Origin: an uncultured Deinococcaceae bacterium
Lineage (GTDB): Bacteria > Deinococcota > Deinococci > Deinococcales > Deinococcaceae
Direction: 5' to 3'
Assembly (NCBI GenBank): GCA_964252075.1
Contig: CAXULY010000055.1
Span: 1 to 29,232 of the forward strand
Length of the DNA stretch: 29,232 nt
Positions within the stretch are counted from its first letter, which is position 1; every line of letters starts with the position of its first letter. This document shows positions 24,655 through 29,232 of the stretch, piece by piece. A program made the position numbers and the translations under genes. The notes beneath the pieces were generated by a model that was not told the DNA's origin, did not search any database, and was given only the letters and a program-made list of their open reading frames with translations.

Positions 24655-24940
24655 CGGCCCGGACGAAACCGAGGTGCTGTTCCAGGGGGACCCCTGGGTG
24701 CGCGTGGCGGAGTTCCCGCGCCTGGTGGCGGAAAGCTACCGGCGCCTGCTCACCGCGCGCGGCGTGGTGAGCGCCATCCGCACGCCCTTTCAGTGGGTCT
24801 TCGTGAGTCCTGTCATCGAGATCGAGACGGGCGGGTACCTGGGCGACGTGGGCCTCTACGTGCCGCGCGTGCAGCGCGAGGAGGCCCTGCGGGTGCTGGA
24901 AGGCGGCGACGACAACAACCTGGAGGCAACACACCCATGA
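24647..24940 (+). CDS. Small hypothetical protein (possibly DUF2007-like)
   Basis: Overlaps both neighbouring genes; LLTARGV...VGLYVP...EEALRVL pattern. Confidence 0.62.
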   Translation: MIDGPDETEVLFQGDPWVRVAEFPRLVAESYRRLLTARGVVSAIRTPFQWVFVSPVIEIETGGYLGDVGLYVPRVQREEALRVLEGGDDNNLEATHP

Positions 24941-25842
24941 TGGACAGCGGCATCAACGAGATCACCACCATTGGCGTGGACGTCGGCGGCACCAAGATTG
25001 CCACCGGCGTGCTGCGCGGCGACGACCTGCTGGACAAGCACGTGCAGCCCACCCCGGAGACCGGCTGGCAGGCGGTGCTGGACGCCATCGCGCAGCAGGT
25101 GCGCGACCTGCAGGCGCGCCACCCGGACGCCCTGCGCGTGGGGGTGGGGGTGCCGGGGCCGCTCAGCCCGGACCGGCGGCGCGTGCTGTTCGCGCCGAAC
25201 ATCTACGGCTTCACGGACGTGCCGCTCGTGCAGGGGCTGGAGGAGCGGCTGGGCGTCACGGTGCACCTGGAGAACGACGCGAAGGCCGCCGCGCTCGCGG
25301 AGGCCACCATCGGCGCGGCGCGCGGCAGCAGCAGCTCGGTGTACATCACGGTCTCGACCGGCATCGGGAGCGGCATCGTGCTGAACGGTCGGGTGTGGCG
25401 CGGCGCGCACGGCATCGCGGGGGAGTTCGGGCACGTCACGGTGCTGCCGGGCGGCCCGGTGAGCGGCGCCGGCCTGGACGGCGCGCTGGAGGCGGTCGCG
25501 TCGGGGCCCGCCATCGCGCGCGACGTGAGTTACGCCCTGAACCGCGACGTGAGCACCGCCGAGGCCTTCACGCTGGCGCAGCAGGGGAACGCCGCGGCGC
25601 GCCGGGTGGTGGAGCAGGCCATGAAGCACATCGGCGTGGCCATCGCGGACGTGCAGAAGTTCCTGGACCCGGAGGTCTTCGTAATCGGTGGGGGCGTCGC
25701 GATGGTCGGGGATTACTTCTTCGAGGGCGTGACGCGCGCCGCGGTGGAGTACGCGCATGATTTCGCGCCGGTGGTGATCCGGCGGGCGCTGCTGGCGGGC
25801 GAGGCGGGCGTGATTGGCGCGGCGCTCTCGGCGCGCGCCTGA
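24937..25842 (+). CDS. ROK-family sugar kinase (glucokinase-like)
   Basis: IGVDVGGTKI, GVPGP, ENDAKAAALAE, STGIGSG, AGEFGH, IGGGV, AGVIGAA. Confidence 0.93.
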   Translation: MMDSGINEITTIGVDVGGTKIATGVLRGDDLLDKHVQPTPETGWQAVLDAIAQQVRDLQARHPDALRVGVGVPGPLSPDRRRVLFAPNIYGFTDVPLVQGLEERLGVTVHLENDAKAAALAEATIGAARGSSSSVYITVSTGIGSGIVLNGRVWRGAHGIAGEFGHVTVLPGGPVSGAGLDGALEAVASGPAIARDVSYALNRDVSTAEAFTLAQQGNAAARRVVEQAMKHIGVAIADVQKFLDPEVFVIGGGVAMVGDYFFEGVTRAAVEYAHDFAPVVIRRALLAGEAGVIGAALSARA

Positions 25843-25895
25843 TATGTGCCGCACGGCGCCGTCTGGCCGTTGTAGAATGAGAAGCACCTGAGACG

Positions 25896-27587
25896 ATGAC
25901 GGCCCAGACCGAGCTCACGCAGTTCCTGACCCTTGAAGCGCGCGCCGAACTGGCGCTGCGCCAGGACGTCGTAGCGGCTATTGCGGCGGCCCAGGCGGCG
26001 CGCGTGGAGGCGCGCCGCCTCGGTGACGCGCTGCTGGTCGCGCGGGCCGAGGCGCTGCTGGGCGCCGCGCACCTCGTGCGCGTCGAGATGGACGAGGGGG
26101 CGGCGCTGCTGGAGGGTGCCGAGCGGGTGTGCCGCGCGCACGGGGATTTCGTGGGCCTCGCGCGCTGCCTGCTGCACCTCGGGTACCGCGCGCAGACGCG
26201 CGGCGATTACCGGACGGCCAGCCGGCGCTTCCTGGAACTGCTGGAGCGGGCGCAGGCGCAGGGCAGCGCGAAGCACCTCGCGGACGCCCACAACGGCCTC
26301 GCCATGGTCTTCGACAGCCTGGGGGACGTGGCGTCCAGCCTCGAACACCAGCTGGCGGCCATCACGTCCATGCGCGCGCTCGACGACCCGCCGGGACTGG
26401 CGGCCCTGCTCGCCAACGTGAGCGTGGATTACCGCGCGCTCGGGCACCTGGAGGAGGCCGAACGGTACTGCCTGGAGGCGCTCACGCACGCGCGGCGCCA
26501 CCATGACCAGTCGGCGGCGCTCTCGGCGCGCTACAACCTCGGCATGGCGTACCTCGCGCAGGGCCGCCACGGGGACGCGCTGGACGCCTTCGGGCAGACC
26601 ATCACGCAGGCGCGCGCGGCCGACTTGATCGTGATGCTGTCGTGGGGCCTGCGCGGCCTCGGGAAGGTGCGTCTGGCGCTCGGGCAGCGGACAGAGGCGC
26701 TCGCGCCGCTGCAGGAGGCGCTCAGGATCAGCTGCGAGCGCGGCCTGCGCGCCGAGGAGGGCGACGTGTGGTTGCTGCTGGGCCGCGCGCAGGCCCAGCC
26801 GGAAGGAACGCACAGCCTGCGGCGCGCGCTGGAGATCGCGCTGGAGACCGCCAACACCGAGGCGGAGGCGCGCGCCCGGCGCGCCCTGGCGGGCGCGCTG
26901 GAGGAGGCGGGTGAGGCGCACGCGGCGCTGGTGCAGCTCAAGCGCTACATCGATCTGCAGGACGGGCGAGAGACCCGGCTGCTCGCGCAGCGCGCGCAGG
27001 TGATGGCGGCGCGCTTCGGGACCGAGGAGAAGGAGCGGGAGAACCTGCGGCTCAGCGTGCAGGCGCGTCAGGACCCCCTGACGGGCCTCGCGAACCGCCG
27101 CGCCTTAGAGGTGCAGCTCGCGGAGGCGCTCGCGCACGTGGGGTCGCGCGGTGGGTCGCTGTGCCTCGCGATGCTGGACCTCGACCACTTCAAGCAGGTG
27201 AATGACCGCTTCGCGCACCGCACGGGCGACGAGGTGCTGCGCGCGTGCGCGCGGCTCTTCCAGGAAGGCTGCCGCGCCACGGACACCGTGGCGCGCTTCG
27301 GGGGTGAGGAGTTCGTGCTGCTGCTGCCGGACACCACCCTGGAGGACGCCGCCGCGCTGCTGGACCGCCTGCGGACGCGCGTGCGCGCGCACCCGTGGCT
27401 GGAACTGGCGTCCGGGCTGACCGTGACGGTCAGCGTGGGCCTCGCGCAGGCCGCGCCGGGCAGCTCGGCGGACGGCCTGCTGGCGGACGCGGACGCGCAG
27501 CTGTACCGCGCGAAGCGCGCCGGGCGCGACGTGGTGGTGTGGTCGCGTGACGAGGCGCCCCTGAACCTGAATTCATCCGCCTGCTGA
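25896..27587 (+). CDS. TPR-repeat diguanylate cyclase
   Basis: TPR-like helical repeats; DPLTGLANRR, DLDHFKQVND, RxxD I-site (RATD), GGEEF. Confidence 0.93.
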   Translation: MTAQTELTQFLTLEARAELALRQDVVAAIAAAQAARVEARRLGDALLVARAEALLGAAHLVRVEMDEGAALLEGAERVCRAHGDFVGLARCLLHLGYRAQTRGDYRTASRRFLELLERAQAQGSAKHLADAHNGLAMVFDSLGDVASSLEHQLAAITSMRALDDPPGLAALLANVSVDYRALGHLEEAERYCLEALTHARRHHDQSAALSARYNLGMAYLAQGRHGDALDAFGQTITQARAADLIVMLSWGLRGLGKVRLALGQRTEALAPLQEALRISCERGLRAEEGDVWLLLGRAQAQPEGTHSLRRALEIALETANTEAEARARRALAGALEEAGEAHAALVQLKRYIDLQDGRETRLLAQRAQVMAARFGTEEKERENLRLSVQARQDPLTGLANRRALEVQLAEALAHVGSRGGSLCLAMLDLDHFKQVNDRFAHRTGDEVLRACARLFQEGCRATDTVARFGGEEFVLLLPDTTLEDAAALLDRLRTRVRAHPWLELASGLTVTVSVGLAQAAPGSSADGLLADADAQLYRAKRAGRDVVVWSRDEAPLNLNSSAC

Positions 27588-28598
27588 GACGGCGGGCGGC
27601 GCGCAGCTGCCGCGCACGATCAGGCGGCCGGGCAGCTTGAGCTGCACCAGCGCGTCGGGCGGGCCGTGCTCCAGCGCGTCAATGACGATCCGCGCGGCCG
27701 CCTCGCCCATCTGCTGCACGGGCTGCTCGATGCTGTCGATGGGGGGGTCCACCAGCGCCATCCACGAGTAGTTGTCGAAGGACAGCAGGGACACGTCGTG
27801 CGGCACCCGCAGGTTCAGTTCGCGCAGCGCGCGGTACGCGCCCGCCGCCTGGGTGCCGTTCAGCGCGATGAGCGCGGTGGGTGGGGTGGGGAGCGTCATG
27901 AGTTCGTGCGTGAGGGCGTAGGCGGTGTCCTCGTTCAGCAGGATCACCCGCTGGTACTCGGGCCGCGCGGTGAGGCCCACGGCGCGCATGGCTTCGGGAA
28001 AGGTGCGGGAGCGCAGTTCCGGGTGAATGATGGGGTCGTAGGTGCCGAGCGCCGCGATGCGCGTGTGGCCCAGCCCACTGAGCATCCGCACGGCCTCGCG
28101 CGTGGCGTTCTCGTGGTCCAGCACCACGTAATGGAAGGGCGCGTCGGGGAGGTGGTAGTCGACCTCCACGATGAACACCCCGCGCTCCTGCAGGCGCAGC
28201 AGGTACTCGCGGCTCTGCTCGCCGTAGCCGGGGCGCACGATGAGCGCCGCGACGCGCTGGCCGTACAGCAGCCGGAGTTCCTCGTTGTCGCGGGCGCTGG
28301 AGTACTCGTTTTCGGTGGTGATGAGGTTGTAGCCCGCGCCGCGCAGGCTGCGCCCGAGGGTGCGGGCGAGTTCCGCGAAGAAGGGCTCCACCACGCTGCC
28401 CACCACGAGGCCCACCGTGCGGCTCTGCCCGGCGCGCAGGGCGCCCGCGCGCTGGTCGGGTTCGTAGTGTAGTTGCTGGATGGCGGCCTGCACGCGCGCG
28501 AGCGTGGCGGGGTGCAGCCGTTCGGGGTCGCGCAGGGCGCGTTTGGCGGTGGTCGCCGAGACTCCGGCCAGCTTGGCGACGTCGTGGATGTTGGCCAC
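27573..28598 (-). CDS. LacI-family transcriptional regulator (GTG start at 28598)
   Basis: NIHDVAKLAGVSATT HTH, YEPDQRAGALR hinge, VPHDVSLLSFD. Confidence 0.95.
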   Translation of the reverse strand: MANIHDVAKLAGVSATTAKRALRDPERLHPATLARVQAAIQQLHYEPDQRAGALRAGQSRTVGLVVGSVVEPFFAELARTLGRSLRGAGYNLITTENEYSSARDNEELRLLYGQRVAALIVRPGYGEQSREYLLRLQERGVFIVEVDYHLPDAPFHYVVLDHENATREAVRMLSGLGHTRIAALGTYDPIIHPELRSRTFPEAMRAVGLTARPEYQRVILLNEDTAYALTHELMTLPTPPTALIALNGTQAAGAYRALRELNLRVPHDVSLLSFDNYSWMALVDPPIDSIEQPVQQMGEAAARIVIDALEHGPPDALVQLKLPGRLIVRGSCAPPAVSAGG

Positions 28599-28667
28599 GA
28601 GGCCAGTATAGGGCCGGCCCACTAGACAGACGCGTGGCGGTGTGGTTACATGATGGCCACGAGGCCA
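28592..28667. promoter_or_regulatory. Two identical LacI-type operator candidates TGGCCACGAGGCCA (28592-28605, 28654-28667)
   Basis: Exact 14-bp repeat; each copy is a 12/14 palindrome with a central CG. Confidence 0.7.
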
Positions 28668-28772
28668 TTCTCCAATTCAGCGCGTTATCATGCACGTTCT
28701 TTGCTTCACAAGCAATGAAACGGTCTGATACAGCATGCACCATCCCTGTTTTTTCCTGCTCAAGGAGGGCAT

Positions 28773-29232
28773 ATGAAACAGTTCGTTCCCGCACTGGTCC
28801 TTGTGACCGCCGCCCTCGGTACGGCGCAGGCCGCCACCGAGATCACCATCGCCACGGTGAACAATCCCGACATGGTGACCATGCAGAAGCTCAGCCCGGA
28901 ATTCACCAAGAAGTACCCGGACATCACGGTGAAGTGGGTGGTGCTGCCCGAGAACGAACTGCGCCAGAAGGTCACGCTGGACGTCTCCAGCAACGCGGGC
29001 GGCTACGACGTCGCCACCGTCGGCGCCTACGAGGTGCCCATCTGGGCCAAGAACGGCTGGCTGGACCCCCTCACGCCCGCCTTCGCCAAGAACGCCAGCA
29101 TCGCCAAGAGCTACGACGTGAACGACCTGCTGCCCAGCGTGCGCAACGCCCTCACGGTGAACGGCAACCTGTACGCGGTGCCCTTCTACGCCGAGAGCAG
29201 CATGACCTTCTACAACAAGGACCTGTTCAAGA
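28773..29232 (+). CDS. Sugar/polyol ABC transporter substrate-binding protein (SmoE/MtlE-like), 5' part, truncated by the window edge
   Basis: AAGGAGG SD; manual translation MKQFVPALVLVTAALGTAQAATEITIATVNNPDMVTMQKLS...LPENELRQKVT...YEVPIWAKNGWL...PFYAESSMTFYNKDLF. Confidence 0.92.
   Translation, partial: MKQFVPALVLVTAALGTAQAATEITIATVNNPDMVTMQKLSPEFTKKYPDITVKWVVLPENELRQKVTLDVSSNAGGYDVATVGAYEVPIWAKNGWLDPLTPAFAKNASIAKSYDVNDLLPSVRNALTVNGNLYAVPFYAESSMTFYNKDLFK

Overview
Chromosomal replication-origin region of a high-GC bacterium, almost certainly a Deinococcus (inferred from the eno-dnaN-oriC-dnaA order, a DrRRA-like regulator beside RNase J, and many leaderless promoters). Order: eno (5' part), dnaN, oriC (12 DnaA boxes plus DnaA-trios), dnaA (probable ATC start), then divergent mnmG/gidA, a tandem 28-bp parS-containing repeat, a small LAGLIDADG-like ORF, rsmG/gidB, parA and parB. 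These are followed by a VanW-family protein, RNase J, a DrRRA-like response regulator, a GHL10-like hydrolase, a PAS histidine kinase, a Tat metallophosphoesterase, a degenerate PLP-enzyme/HRDC fusion, a cis-prenyltransferase, mutY, a DUF2270-like protein, thrC-thrB, a Tat Gfo/Idh/MocA oxidoreductase, surE, an FtsB-like gene, thioesterase-hypothetical-ROK kinase, a TPR-GGDEF cyclase, a LacI regulator and the start of a polyol/sugar ABC binding protein. No rRNA, tRNA, CRISPR or transposase was seen. The most unusual element is the 108-aa single-motif LAGLIDADG-like gene inside the gidA-gidB-parAB operon, directly behind two identical parS-plus-extra-half-site units. It is a candidate domesticated centromere-associated DNA-binding protein or a parS-linked homing element. 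All calls come from reading the sequence; no database searches were run.
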